64,000 nt of DNA from Longimicrobiales bacterium. Lineage in GTDB: Bacteria; Gemmatimonadota; Gemmatimonadetes; Longimicrobiales; Gaopeijiaceae. Below are positions 19,187-29,293 of this stretch, piece after piece. Where the stretch lies: NCBI GenBank assembly GCA_965204735.1, contig OZ242008.1:896001-960000 (forward strand). Reading direction: 5' to 3'. The notes below the pieces were generated by a model. It was not told the origin of the DNA, ran no database searches, and worked only from the letters and a program-made list of their open reading frames with translations. The translations under genes and the position numbers were made by a program. Position 1 is the first letter of the stretch, and every line of letters starts with the position of its first letter.

Positions 19187-19687
19187 TTGAAGACCTTGAG
19201 GCTGGCCCTGGCAGGCGTTGCCGTCGCCGTTCTGGCGCCTGCCCTGCTCGGGGCGGCAGCGGTGCTCTCGACCGGAGCGACTCGGCCCGACCAGGCCCGC
19301 GACCCCGAGTCCCAGGTGCGTGCCGCCGTCGTTGCGGCGCTGGAAGCCTGGACGACCGGCGACTTCGAGAGCCTGGCCGGCCACTACCGCCCGGACGCAA
19401 GAGGGTTCTTCCTCGAAGGAGCGCCTCTGGCGCGCGGCTTCGACGCGACAGCGCTGCAGCTGGCGTGGGACGCGGGGCTGCGCGCCGACATGTCGGTCCG
19501 CGACCTGGACGTCCAAGTCCATGGAGAGACGGCTGCCTCCGTGGCCTACGTGGACGGGACCCTCGCCATGCCGGGCGGAGAGCCCCCGATCGCCGGCACC
19601 TGGCGCTACTCCGAGGTGCGGATCGCCTCCGACGGCGCCTGGAAGGTCGTCCAGTACCACTTCTCGCGTCTTGCCGAAACGCCCTGA
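19187..19687 (+). CDS. Secreted NTF2/SnoaL-like (DUF4440-type) protein
   Basis: Signal; AWTTGDFESLAGHY; GAWKVVQYHFS. Confidence 0.8.
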   Translation: MKTLRLALAGVAVAVLAPALLGAAAVLSTGATRPDQARDPESQVRAAVVAALEAWTTGDFESLAGHYRPDARGFFLEGAPLARGFDATALQLAWDAGLRADMSVRDLDVQVHGETAASVAYVDGTLAMPGGEPPIAGTWRYSEVRIASDGAWKVVQYHFSRLAETP

Positions 19688-19713
19688 CGCTACCCCGCCC
19701 GACGGACCCGGCC

Positions 19714-21468
19714 ATGTCTGAAACCGATCTGACCCCTCTCGAAGCCTTTCTCGCCGACACCTCCGTCGATCTTGGATGGAGTCTTGTCCAGCGCTATTCG
19801 GTCCTCGTGCGGGAGTCCGGCACGCCGGACGAGCGCGACGCGGCCAACTTCGTCATCACGCAGCTGCGCGAGCGGGAGATCCGCGTCGAGGTTCACCAGC
19901 CCGACCTCTACCTGTCCGTTCCCGTCAGCGCGTCCGTGAGCGCGGCCGGGGCGGAGTTCGAGGCCAAGGCGCCTTCGTTCTCGGCGTCCACCACGGCAAG
20001 GGGACTCGCCCGCAAGCCCGTCTTCGTCTCGGCGAAGCCGGCCGAGGAGACCGACGACATCCTCGAGGACGACAACGCCGACCCGCCGCCGGACGTGAAG
20101 GACAAGATCGTGGTCACCGAGGGCTACCCGACGCCGGTCTCCGTGGCCAAGTACGAAGCCGCCGGCGCCGCCGGCCAGATCTACATCAACCCGGGCACGC
20201 GCATCCACTGGGGCACCTGCACCACCATATGGGGCTCACCCGGCGACTCGCAGCGGGATCAGCGGCCCAAGACCCCCGTCGCGGCGATCAGCCGGCTCGA
20301 CGGCAACAAGCTCGTCGCCGCCATCGAGGACGGCCTGGACAAGGTCAATGTGCGCACCGAGCTGCGGGAGGGGTGGTCGCAATGTCTCGTGCCCGTGGCG
20401 CGAATCGACGGCAAGACGGACGAGTTCGTCCTGGTGCACGGACACTACGACTCGTGGGACGTGGGGATCGGCGACAACGCAGTGGGCGACGCGACCCTGC
20501 TCGAGCTCGCCCGGATCTTCCACGAGAAGCGGGACCGCATGCGCCGCTCCCTCCGGGTCGCGTGGTGGCCGGCTCACTCCACGGGACGCTACGCGGGCTC
20601 GGCTTGGTACGCCGACGCCTTCGCCCACGAACTCTCCCGACTCTGCGTCGCCACCGTCAACATCGACTCCCCGGGTTGCTGGCAGGCCACGGAGTACGAC
20701 GAGGTGCCCTGGATGGCCGAGGCGGGGTCGGTCTGCCGCGAAGCGATCAAGTCCGTGGCGGGCGTGGAACCCCAGGGTCGGCGTCCGCCGCGCGCCGGCG
20801 ACTACTCCTTCAACCAGCTGGGGCTCACGTCGTTCTTCATGCTCCTTTCCAACATTCCTGCGGAGGAGCGGGCCCGCCTGGGCTTCTACCCCGTGGGAGG
20901 GTGCGGCGGCAACATCGTCTGGCACACGGAGAAGGACCGACTGGACGTTGCCGACCGGACCAACCTGGAACGCGACTTGCGGGTGTACGTCACGGCCGTC
21001 GGGCGCTTCCTTGCCGACGAAGTGCTGCCCCTGGACTTCCGAAAGACCGCCGAAGAGCTCGGCGAGGCCCTGGCAGGCTACGAGCCGAAGGTCGACAAGA
21101 AGGTTCTCTCGCTCCTTCCCCTGCGCAAGGAGTTCGAGAAGTTTCGCACCCAGCTGAACACCTTCTACGAACGAGTCGAGGCTGGGAGCATCAAGCCCTC
21201 GGTGGCAAACGAGGCCATCATGGAGCTTTCCCGCGCCTTGGTCCACCTGGGGTATGCCGAAGGAGGCCGGTTCGAGCACGATTCGGCCACGCCCAAGGTT
21301 CCCATTCCCAAGTTGGCCCGAATCCACGACCTGGCCCAAGCGGAGGAGTCGGAGCCCGAACGCGTGCCCTTCATCTACACCGAGCTTCGCCGCCAGCTCA
21401 ACAAGGTCTTCGATCTTCTCTACCGAGCATCGCAGGCGGTGGCTCGGGCGAACAAGCAGGCGACATGA
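19714..21468 (+). CDS. M28-family metallopeptidase with PA domain
   Basis: VHGHYDSW, GDNAVG, NIDSPG, WHTEKD. Confidence 0.85.
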   Translation: MSETDLTPLEAFLADTSVDLGWSLVQRYSVLVRESGTPDERDAANFVITQLREREIRVEVHQPDLYLSVPVSASVSAAGAEFEAKAPSFSASTTARGLARKPVFVSAKPAEETDDILEDDNADPPPDVKDKIVVTEGYPTPVSVAKYEAAGAAGQIYINPGTRIHWGTCTTIWGSPGDSQRDQRPKTPVAAISRLDGNKLVAAIEDGLDKVNVRTELREGWSQCLVPVARIDGKTDEFVLVHGHYDSWDVGIGDNAVGDATLLELARIFHEKRDRMRRSLRVAWWPAHSTGRYAGSAWYADAFAHELSRLCVATVNIDSPGCWQATEYDEVPWMAEAGSVCREAIKSVAGVEPQGRRPPRAGDYSFNQLGLTSFFMLLSNIPAEERARLGFYPVGGCGGNIVWHTEKDRLDVADRTNLERDLRVYVTAVGRFLADEVLPLDFRKTAEELGEALAGYEPKVDKKVLSLLPLRKEFEKFRTQLNTFYERVEAGSIKPSVANEAIMELSRALVHLGYAEGGRFEHDSATPKVPIPKLARIHDLAQAEESEPERVPFIYTELRRQLNKVFDLLYRASQAVARANKQAT

Positions 21469-22529
21469 CGGCGCGGAGCGCGTTCCTGCTGTCGGCGGTC
21501 GCGCTTGGGGCGCCCGGGGCGTCCCTCGGCCAGGAACAGGAACGCGTGTACGTGGCCAACCAGGCGTCGGCCAGCGTCTCGGTCGTCGACGCCGCCAGCG
21601 GCGAAGTCGTGGAGACGATCGACTTGACCCGCTACGGCTTCGACGGCGACTCCCGGCCCCACCACACGGCGGCAGCCCCCGACGGAAGCCACTGGTACGT
21701 CTCCTTGATCGGCGGCGGCCACGTCCTGCGCTTCGACGCCGACAACCGGCTCGTGGACCAAGTCCCCTTCGAGACGCCCGGGCTGCTGGCGGTCGACCGG
21801 GACTCGCACCGCCTCTACGTGGGCCGCTCGATGATGGCGGTGAACCCGCCCCGGCGGATCGGCGCAATCGACCGGCGGGACATGTCCATCGAAGAGGTGG
21901 ACGTGTTCTTTCCGCGCCCCCACGCGTTGGCCGTCGATCCCCAGGGGGACCGGGTCTACGCGGCTTCGCTGGTCGAGAACCGGATCGCAGTGCTGAACGG
22001 CGCCTCCGGCGAGCTCGAGCTGGTGGACGTGGAAGGACCCGCCCACACCTTCGTGCAGTTCGCCCTCTCGCCCGACCGGAGCACTTTGGTCGCCACCGCC
22101 CAGCTTACCGGCAAGCTGCTGGTCTTTGACGCCTCGGGAAGCCGCCTGGAGCTCGTCCGTCAAGTGGACGTGGGAACCCAGCCGTGGCATCCCGTCTTCT
22201 CGCCCGACGGCGCCCGCGTCTACTTCGGGGCCAAGGACGACGACGCCGTGGTGGTCGTGGACGCGGGAACGTGGAGCGTGGCGGAACGGATCGAGGCGCC
22301 GGGGATCGTCGAGCCCCACGGCAGCGCGGTCACCGCGGACGGGCGCTGGCTCTTCGTCTCCAACCGCAACCTGAAGGGGACCTACGCTCCCCGGAGGGCC
22401 GCGGAGAAGAACTCGGACGTGGGGACGGTCGTGAAGATCGACACGCGAACCTTGACGGTGGTCCAAACGATCGAAGTGGGCGCCTATCCGGCGGGGATCT
22501 CCATTGCGCCGACGGGCGGGGGCGGATGA
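21465..22529 (+). CDS. YncE/YVTN-type beta-propeller, secreted
   Basis: VYVANQASASVSVVD; repeated PH motifs; IEVGAYPAGI. Confidence 0.85.
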   Translation: MTARSAFLLSAVALGAPGASLGQEQERVYVANQASASVSVVDAASGEVVETIDLTRYGFDGDSRPHHTAAAPDGSHWYVSLIGGGHVLRFDADNRLVDQVPFETPGLLAVDRDSHRLYVGRSMMAVNPPRRIGAIDRRDMSIEEVDVFFPRPHALAVDPQGDRVYAASLVENRIAVLNGASGELELVDVEGPAHTFVQFALSPDRSTLVATAQLTGKLLVFDASGSRLELVRQVDVGTQPWHPVFSPDGARVYFGAKDDDAVVVVDAGTWSVAERIEAPGIVEPHGSAVTADGRWLFVSNRNLKGTYAPRRAAEKNSDVGTVVKIDTRTLTVVQTIEVGAYPAGISIAPTGGGG

Positions 22530-24481
22530 GGCTTCGGCGGCCCCCGGTCGTTCCGCCGTTCGAGCCCAGGCGCGCCCTTCTGCTCGGCGTCCTCGGCGTG
22601 GCGTCCTCGGCGTTGGCGTGCGGACCACCCTCCCCGCCGCCCGGCGCGCCAACTCCCGCGTCTCCCACGTGGGAAAGAGTCGTGTACGACATCGAAGTCG
22701 TCGACTCCGCCGGCCGGCGGATCGCCCACCCCTTCCTCGGCGGGCTCAACTTGCCCCGGCCTCAGCTGGCCGACGCCGACGGGGACGGCGACCTGGACCT
22801 GTTCGTGCAGGAAGCTTCGGATCAGGTCATGTACTTCGAGAACGCGGCGGAGAGGCCGATGACGGGGGCGGGCCGAGGGACGCCCGAGTACCGCTGGGTC
22901 ACCGACGCCTTCGGGGACCTCTCGGTGGGGGAGTGGTACCGCTTCGCCGACGTGGACCTGGACGGCGACCTGGACCTTCTGGCCGAGGAGCCGTTCAGCC
23001 GCATCCGCTTCTACCGCAACGACGGCGGCTCCGGCTCCGCGTCGTACGTGCTCGCGGCCGACACGCTCAGGGACGTGGACGGAGAGGCGATATTCTCCGA
23101 CCGCCAGAACATACCCAACGCCGCCGACATAGACTGCGACGGACGCCTGGACCTGCTGATCGGACGCTTGACGGGGACGATCACCCGCTACGAGGCCGAG
23201 GGCGCCGACGAGGACGGGGTACCCCGCTTCCGCCACGTCACCGACTCCTTCGAGGGCATCGAGATCGTCGGCGCCCTGCAGGGAAGCCGCCACGGCGCGA
23301 ACACGATGGCGCTGGGCGACGTGGACCAGGACGGGGACTACGACCTCTTCTGGGGCGACTTCTTCGAGGCGGGCCTGCTCTACATCGAGAACACGGGCAC
23401 GTGCGCCCGCCCCGTGCTGCGGGGGGCTCCTCGTCCCTTTCCTCTCCGCGCTCCGGTGGCCACTTCCGGCTACAACGCCCCGGCGCTGGGCGACGCCGAC
23501 GGGGACGGGGACGTGGACTTGGTCATGGGCGTGCTGGGAGGTGCCTTCAACCCCAACCGCACCACGGTGGACAACCTCCACCTCTTCGAGCAGGACGACG
23601 AGGGCGGCTTCACGGCCGCGACCTCGCGGCTCCTCCCCGCGCTGGACGTGGGCAGCGAGTCCCTGCCCGCGCTCTCGGACCTGGACGGCGACGGCGACCT
23701 GGACCTCCTGGTCGCGAACAAGATCGAGCCCACGAGCACGCGGACGGGAGCCCTGTACGCGTTCGAGAACACCGGCTCCCGGGAGGCTCCAGCCTTCGCC
23801 GCCCGCGGCGCGGCTCCCGGACTTCCCGAAGCGTACCACTACGCCCCCGCCTTCGGCGACCTGGACGGCGACGGTGACGAAGACCTCCTCCTGGGCCAGT
23901 GGCGGGATCGCGTCGCGTACTACCGGAACGACGGCCCCGGCCCGGGGCTGCTGCCTCGGTGGACCCTGGCGGACTCGGCGGCCGCCGTCCTCACCCGCGG
24001 CCGCAACACCACCCCCGCCCTGGGCGACCTGGACCGCGACGGCGATCTGGACCTCCTGGTCGGCGAGGCGTCCGGCGTCCTCAACTACTACCGGAACGAA
24101 GGCGGCCCGACGGCGCCACGCTTCCAGCTGGTGACGGACCGCTTTCTGGAGATCGACGTGGGCCGGCGCAGCGTTCCCGCCCTGGTCGACCTCGACGGCG
24201 ACGGCGACCTGGACTTGGCGGTGGGCACGGAGGCTTCCGGCCTGCGGCTCTTCTTGAACGAGGGCGCCGCCGCCGGAGCGCCCAGCCGCAGCCGCGCTGC
24301 TCGCCCTGTCGGCGCTGCCGCCGACCCGCTCTTCGTCGAGACGGCGCCTTTCGGTCCCGACGTGCCGGCGTTCGCGACGCCCGCCTTCGCCGACATCGAC
24401 GGCGACGGCGACCTGGACTTGGTCCTCGGCGGAGCGGGAGGCGGGCTCGTCGTGTACCGGCGAGCCGGGGCCGTTCCGTGA
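22526..24481 (+). CDS. FG-GAP/VCBS repeat lipoprotein
   Basis: Many DxDGDGDLDL repeats; ALAC lipobox. Confidence 0.9.
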   Translation: MRLRRPPVVPPFEPRRALLLGVLGVASSALACGPPSPPPGAPTPASPTWERVVYDIEVVDSAGRRIAHPFLGGLNLPRPQLADADGDGDLDLFVQEASDQVMYFENAAERPMTGAGRGTPEYRWVTDAFGDLSVGEWYRFADVDLDGDLDLLAEEPFSRIRFYRNDGGSGSASYVLAADTLRDVDGEAIFSDRQNIPNAADIDCDGRLDLLIGRLTGTITRYEAEGADEDGVPRFRHVTDSFEGIEIVGALQGSRHGANTMALGDVDQDGDYDLFWGDFFEAGLLYIENTGTCARPVLRGAPRPFPLRAPVATSGYNAPALGDADGDGDVDLVMGVLGGAFNPNRTTVDNLHLFEQDDEGGFTAATSRLLPALDVGSESLPALSDLDGDGDLDLLVANKIEPTSTRTGALYAFENTGSREAPAFAARGAAPGLPEAYHYAPAFGDLDGDGDEDLLLGQWRDRVAYYRNDGPGPGLLPRWTLADSAAAVLTRGRNTTPALGDLDRDGDLDLLVGEASGVLNYYRNEGGPTAPRFQLVTDRFLEIDVGRRSVPALVDLDGDGDLDLAVGTEASGLRLFLNEGAAAGAPSRSRAARPVGAAADPLFVETAPFGPDVPAFATPAFADIDGDGDLDLVLGGAGGGLVVYRRAGAVP

Positions 24482-24990
24482 ACCTTGCCGACGTGCTGGC
24501 CGTCATCGAGAGCGCCAAGGTGCGGGACGAAGGGCGGCTGGAGGAGTTCGTCCGCGTCAAGGCGCCGCTGGCCACCCAGGAAGAGGTCGTCCAGGCGGCG
24601 GAGCTCGCCGTCGAGGTGATCGACACGGTGCCCGTGCTCCTCGCCCGCGCGGCCCAGGCCGCGAATCAACGGCGACTGGCCGTGGTGGTCATGCCCCTCC
24701 TCGACCATGCCGCCCGGTACTTCGTGGACCCGGTGGACCTGATCCCGGAGATGACCCAGGGGCTGGCCGGCCTCCTCGACGACACGTACTTGGCCCTACG
24801 CATCCTCCAAAACCTGAACCGCGGACCCGAGCCCCTCTTCGATGCCGAGTTCGAGGAGCCTCTCCGCTTCCTCCGACGCTTGGTGGGCCGCGAGATCAGC
24901 CGCAAGCTGGACGCCGCGTCGATCTTCGCCCTGCAGGACGTTTCGACGGAGGTGGGCCGGGCGTGGGCGGCGATGGGACGCCAGTCGTAG
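24478..24990 (+). CDS. DUF1232/YkvA-like protein
   Basis: YFVDPVDLIPE...GLLDD. Confidence 0.65.
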   Translation: MNLADVLAVIESAKVRDEGRLEEFVRVKAPLATQEEVVQAAELAVEVIDTVPVLLARAAQAANQRRLAVVVMPLLDHAARYFVDPVDLIPEMTQGLAGLLDDTYLALRILQNLNRGPEPLFDAEFEEPLRFLRRLVGREISRKLDAASIFALQDVSTEVGRAWAAMGRQS

Positions 24991-24994
24991 AGAC

Positions 24995-25036
24995 GACCCG
25001 TTGCCCGTTCCCGCGGACCCGTTGCCCGTCCCCGCG
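24995..25036. repeat. 21-bp tandem duplication
   Basis: gacccgttgcccgt(t/c)cccgcg x2. Confidence 0.85.
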
Positions 25037-25122
25037 ATGGAACAGACGTTGAACCACTGTCGTAGAACCCTGAGATGGGCGACCTTGCTGGTGCGCAGCG
25101 TTCCACAAGACTGGGAGGCGAC

Positions 25123-25401
25123 ATGCTGATCATCGAGATGGCCGTCGGCGGGGCGGCAGCACTCTTCGGCCACGTGAAGTCGAAGGACTTCGTGCGCCGC
25201 CGGCTCCGCTACACGAGCGTGGTCGAGAAGCCGAGCGTCGGGATGGGGGTGGCGGCCGGCGCGGTCACCGCGGCGGGCGTGGCCGCCCTGCCCTTTGTGG
25301 GCATGCTGCCCATAGGACTGCTCGTCGGCGCCGGCGTGGGAACGGGCGTCGCCGCCGGGATCAAGCACGCGCGCAAGGGCGGGCCGTCGGACGGATCGTG
25401 A
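25123..25401 (+). CDS. Small membrane protein
   Basis: GGAGG RBS; Gly/Ala-rich hydrophobic helices; overlaps the next gene. Confidence 0.65.
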   Translation: MLIIEMAVGGAAALFGHVKSKDFVRRRLRYTSVVEKPSVGMGVAAGAVTAAGVAALPFVGMLPIGLLVGAGVGTGVAAGIKHARKGGPSDGS

Positions 25402-26660
25402 CGGAGCTCGGCTCCACCACGCCAATCCACCTGAACCGGCGAACCGTAGGGTCCTGGGCCCTCTTCGACTTCGCCAACTCCGTCTATCCGGCGGTCATGA
25501 CGACGGCCGTCTTCCCGGTCTTCTACGTCCAGCACGTAGTGGGAGGAGACGGCGGCGAAGGGGAGCTGTGGTGGAGCTGGGCTGTGGCGCTGTCGGCGCT
25601 GCTCGTCGCCTTCTCCACCCCGTTCTTGGGCGCGCTCGCCGACCGCGCAGGCGCCCGCAAGCGCTTCTTCGTCTCCTACGTGGTGCTCTGCCTGGCCGGC
25701 GTCGCCGCCATGTCCACGCTGGAGGCGGGCATGGTCGTCCGGGGCTTCCTGCTCTTTGTGGTCGCGAACGTGGGCTTCGAGAGCGCCCTGGTCTTCTACA
25801 ACTCCTACTTGCCCAGCATCGCGCCGCCCGAGAAGCAGGGACGGGTCTCGGGCCTCGGCTTCGGCGTGGGCTACGTGGGCTCGGCGCTGGGCCTGATGAT
25901 GGCGATTCCGTTCGTGGACACGATTTGGATCGTCTGGCTCCTGGTCGCCGGCTTCTTCCTCCTCTTCTCCCTGCCCGCGTTCTTCTTCCTTCCCGCCGAC
26001 AAGGGTCGGCGCAACGACGCCCCGGCCTCGACCGAACCCGGAGCACAGCAGAGTCTGGCCGCAATCGTCGTCGAAGTCTGGCGGCTCAAGAACCTCAGGA
26101 ACTTCCTCGTCTCCTACTTCTTCTACATCGACGGCGTTCTGACGATCATCGCCATGGCCGGCGTCGTCGCGGTCGGCACCTTCGGGTTCGACCAAGAAGG
26201 CGTGATCGTGCTGTTCTTGATCGTGCAGTTCTCTGCCCTGATCGGCGCCTTCGCCCTCGCCAAGCCCACCGACAGAGCCGGTCCCAAGAAGGTGCTCGGC
26301 GGCGTGCTGACGCTCTGGATCGCGGCGGGCGTCGCGGCGTACTTCATCCAGGGCCAAACCGCGTTCTACGTGCTGGCCATCATCGCCGGACTGGGCCTGG
26401 GCTCCGTCCAGTCCGCCAGCCGCGCCGCCATGGCGTCCCTGATCCCCAAGGGCAAGGAGGCCGAGATGTTCGGCTTCTACGCCCTGTGCGGGAAGTCCTC
26501 GTCGGTGCTGGGACCGCTGCTCTTCGGCGGCGTCACCTATCTGGTCGGCGGGAATCAGCGCCCCGGCTTCCTGGTCCTGACCGCCCTCTTCGTCGTCGGC
26601 CTGATCCTCCTTCAGCGAGTCCGCGACCCGAAGGCTCCGGCTACTCCTTCCTACCGATAG
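25398..26660 (+). CDS. MFS transporter (UMF1/Atg22-like)
   Basis: SWALFDFANS, GALADR, QSASRA, EMFGFY. Confidence 0.9.
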   Translation: MTELGSTTPIHLNRRTVGSWALFDFANSVYPAVMTTAVFPVFYVQHVVGGDGGEGELWWSWAVALSALLVAFSTPFLGALADRAGARKRFFVSYVVLCLAGVAAMSTLEAGMVVRGFLLFVVANVGFESALVFYNSYLPSIAPPEKQGRVSGLGFGVGYVGSALGLMMAIPFVDTIWIVWLLVAGFFLLFSLPAFFFLPADKGRRNDAPASTEPGAQQSLAAIVVEVWRLKNLRNFLVSYFFYIDGVLTIIAMAGVVAVGTFGFDQEGVIVLFLIVQFSALIGAFALAKPTDRAGPKKVLGGVLTLWIAAGVAAYFIQGQTAFYVLAIIAGLGLGSVQSASRAAMASLIPKGKEAEMFGFYALCGKSSSVLGPLLFGGVTYLVGGNQRPGFLVLTALFVVGLILLQRVRDPKAPATPSYR

Positions 26661-27780
26661 CTCCGCCCCACGCGAAGGCGGCGACTCCGCCCGGGTGGTC
26701 CTTCCAAGCGTCCAGCGAGCGACGCCACGCCTCGAACTGCTCCGGGGCGACGACGCCGTGCTTGGTGGCCGCCTCCACGACGTCCGCTCCGAAGAACCAC
26801 TCGCGGAGGAAGCCGTGGAAGAACTCCCTGTCCGCATCGGTGTGGAAGAGTTCGAAGGAGCCGTTCGCCTCCACCTCCGCGAAGCCGGCGTCGCGCAGGA
26901 TTCCCTTGATCTTCGTGCCCATCTGGGGGTGACCGCCGTTGCCGGCCAAGAGGGCGGCGTAGGCGCCCCATGCCTGGTGCAGGCTGTCGAAGTCGGGTTC
27001 GATGAACGAGGAGGCGGTGTTCAGCTCCCGGACCGAGACGATGCCGCCGGGCTTCAGCACCCTCGCGACCTCGGCGAGGGCGGATGCGGTGTCGGGCACG
27101 TGCATGAGGACGGCGTTGCAGTGCACGACGTCGAACCAGCAATCCTCGAAGGGCAGGTCCGTCGCGTCGCCGACCTGAAAGGTGGCGTTCTCGTGGCCTC
27201 CCGCCTTGGCCGCCTCGGTCGCGGCCACCACCTGGGACGCCTCCACGTCGATCCCGTGGAGCTCGCCGGGGTCCACCGCCTTCGCCAAGCCGACCGAGAT
27301 CGTGCCCTGTCCGCACCCGAAGTCGAGTACCCGCATTCCCGGACGCAGAAGGGGAAGAAGGTCGGCCGCGTGGGTCTCCGCGCTCCGACGCTTGAGCACC
27401 TGAAGAAACTCCTCGCCGTAGCCCATCGTGTAGGCAGGCCGGGGAGGATCGTCGGTTGCCGGCCCGCCGGGCGCCGGCCCGTCCGGTGGGGCGCCCCGAT
27501 CTGATCCTTCGCGGTCTCCGGAGTCGCGCAGCGTGTCCCTCAGCTTCGCGTATCCTGTCCGCAGCTCGTCGGCCAGCCCCTCGGCCGTCGCCCGCACGTC
27601 TTCGGTGACTTCGCTGAGCTCGATCTCCGACAGGCGGGCCACGAACGACTTCCACTTGACCTCCATGCCGTCCAGCTCGTCGCGGACCTCCTCCGTCGCC
27701 CGGCGAGCCCTGCGGCGAAGTTCGTTCCGCTCGCCTTCCAGCCGCGATCTGAGATGCTCGACCCGTTCCTTCCAATCCAT
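26641..27780 (-). CDS. Class I SAM methyltransferase with N-terminal coiled-coil domain
   Basis: VLDFGCGQG, LPFEDCWFD, RVLKPGG; ATG at 27780. Confidence 0.8.
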   Translation of the reverse strand: MDWKERVEHLRSRLEGERNELRRRARRATEEVRDELDGMEVKWKSFVARLSEIELSEVTEDVRATAEGLADELRTGYAKLRDTLRDSGDREGSDRGAPPDGPAPGGPATDDPPRPAYTMGYGEEFLQVLKRRSAETHAADLLPLLRPGMRVLDFGCGQGTISVGLAKAVDPGELHGIDVEASQVVAATEAAKAGGHENATFQVGDATDLPFEDCWFDVVHCNAVLMHVPDTASALAEVARVLKPGGIVSVRELNTASSFIEPDFDSLHQAWGAYAALLAGNGGHPQMGTKIKGILRDAGFAEVEANGSFELFHTDADREFFHGFLREWFFGADVVEAATKHGVVAPEQFEAWRRSLDAWKDHPGGVAAFAWGGAIGRKE

Positions 27781-27918
27781 CTTGCCCGTCTCCTTGGCGC
27801 GCCGATCGGGCCGCGGGTTGTCCGCCGCCCCGCGAAACATGATCGTATGTACCTTCCACTTCAAGGAGGCTGGGGAGACATCGCAGGCTTGGGAGAAGCC
27901 ACAACGGAGGTGAATCGA

Positions 27919-28785
27919 ATGTCGATAGATGCGAGCGAGCTCCGTCGCGCCGTCCGTGATCGCTACGGCAGAGCGGCGGTGGAGGAGCAGGGGTGCTGCG
28001 GCCCGTCCAGCTGCGGCTGCGGGTCGGCGGAGGCGTCGCAGGCCGGCGAGGACGGCGGCGTGGCCACGGCGGACCAGATCGGGCGAGCAGTGGGATACGA
28101 CGACGGCGAGCTGTCGAGCGTCCCCGAGGGGGCCAACCTGGGGCTGGGGTGCGGGAATCCCGTCGCCGTGGCCTCTCTGGCGCCGGGGGAAACGGTGGTC
28201 GACCTGGGATCGGGCGCCGGCTTCGACTGCTTCCTGGCGGCGGCGCGGGTCGGTCCAGCGGGGAAGGTGGTCGGCGTGGACATGACCCCCGAGATGGTGG
28301 AGCGCGCCCGCGACAATCAGGTCAAGGGCGGCTTCGCCAACGTCGAGTTTCGGCTGGGCGAGATCGAAGCGCTGCCCGTGGCCGACGGCCAGGCCGACGT
28401 CGTGATCTCGAACTGCGTCCTCAACCTCTCTTCGGACCGTCCGCGCGTGCTTGCGGAGGCGATGCGCGTGCTCAAGCCGGGAGGCAGGCTGATGATCTCC
28501 GACTTGGTTTCGGAGACGGAAGCGCCCGCCTTCGTCGCCGCGTCCAAGGAGGCGCTGGTGGGGTGCCTCCCCGTGCTCGCCTCGGAGTACGAACGGGACT
28601 TGGCGGAGGCTGGCTTCCAGGACGTGAGAGTCGAGCAGGGCCGGCCCTACCCGGCGGAGCACATCTTCGGCGACCCCCAAGTGCAGGCCGTGGTGCGGGA
28701 CGACTCCGAACGGGCCGCCGAAGCGAGGGCCTTTGCCGAGTCGATCCACGGAGGCGTCATCCAGGCGGTGAAGCCGCGGCCGTGA
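27919..28785 (+). CDS. arsM: Arsenite methyltransferase
   Basis: [39 protein letters not shown]. Confidence 0.88.
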   Translation: MSIDASELRRAVRDRYGRAAVEEQGCCGPSSCGCGSAEASQAGEDGGVATADQIGRAVGYDDGELSSVPEGANLGLGCGNPVAVASLAPGETVVDLGSGAGFDCFLAAARVGPAGKVVGVDMTPEMVERARDNQVKGGFANVEFRLGEIEALPVADGQADVVISNCVLNLSSDRPRVLAEAMRVLKPGGRLMISDLVSETEAPAFVAASKEALVGCLPVLASEYERDLAEAGFQDVRVEQGRPYPAEHIFGDPQVQAVVRDDSERAAEARAFAESIHGGVIQAVKPRP

Positions 28786-29291
28786 CTTCGCCGTCGCGGC
28801 CCGAGCAGCCCCCCAAGCAGCCTTCGGAGTCGGTGTCGGTCATCTCCGAACTCATGATGCCGCACCAGGTCAACAACGCCGGCAACATCTTCGGCGGCGA
28901 GCTGCTGGCGATGGTGGACCGCGTCGCGGCCGTCTGCGCCATGCGCCACGCCGGCCAGCCGTGCCTGACGATCGCCATCGACCGGGTCGACTTTCGGGAG
29001 CCGATCTTCGCCGGCGAGCTGGTGACCTGCACCGCCCGGGTCAACTTCGTCGGCCGGACCTCGATGGAGATCGGCGTCGACGTGGAGGCCGAAGACCTGT
29101 TGTCGGGAGCGAAGCGGCGCACCAACACGTGTCTGTTGACCTTCGTGGCCGTCGGGACCGACGGCCGCCCCGTGCCCGTGCCTTCCCTGAGCCTGTGCGA
29201 CAACGCCGCCGAGCGCCGCTTCAACGAAGGGAAGTTCCGCCGCAAGCTGCGCTTGGCCCTGGATCGCGGAGTGGTCGAAGAGGAGTCCTAG
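28782..29291 (+). CDS. Acyl-CoA thioesterase (hotdog fold)
   Basis: NNAGNIFGG, VGRTSMEIGV, LTFVAV. Confidence 0.9.
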   Translation: MTSPSRPEQPPKQPSESVSVISELMMPHQVNNAGNIFGGELLAMVDRVAAVCAMRHAGQPCLTIAIDRVDFREPIFAGELVTCTARVNFVGRTSMEIGVDVEAEDLLSGAKRRTNTCLLTFVAVGTDGRPVPVPSLSLCDNAAERRFNEGKFRRKLRLALDRGVVEEES

Positions 29292-29293
29292 CC

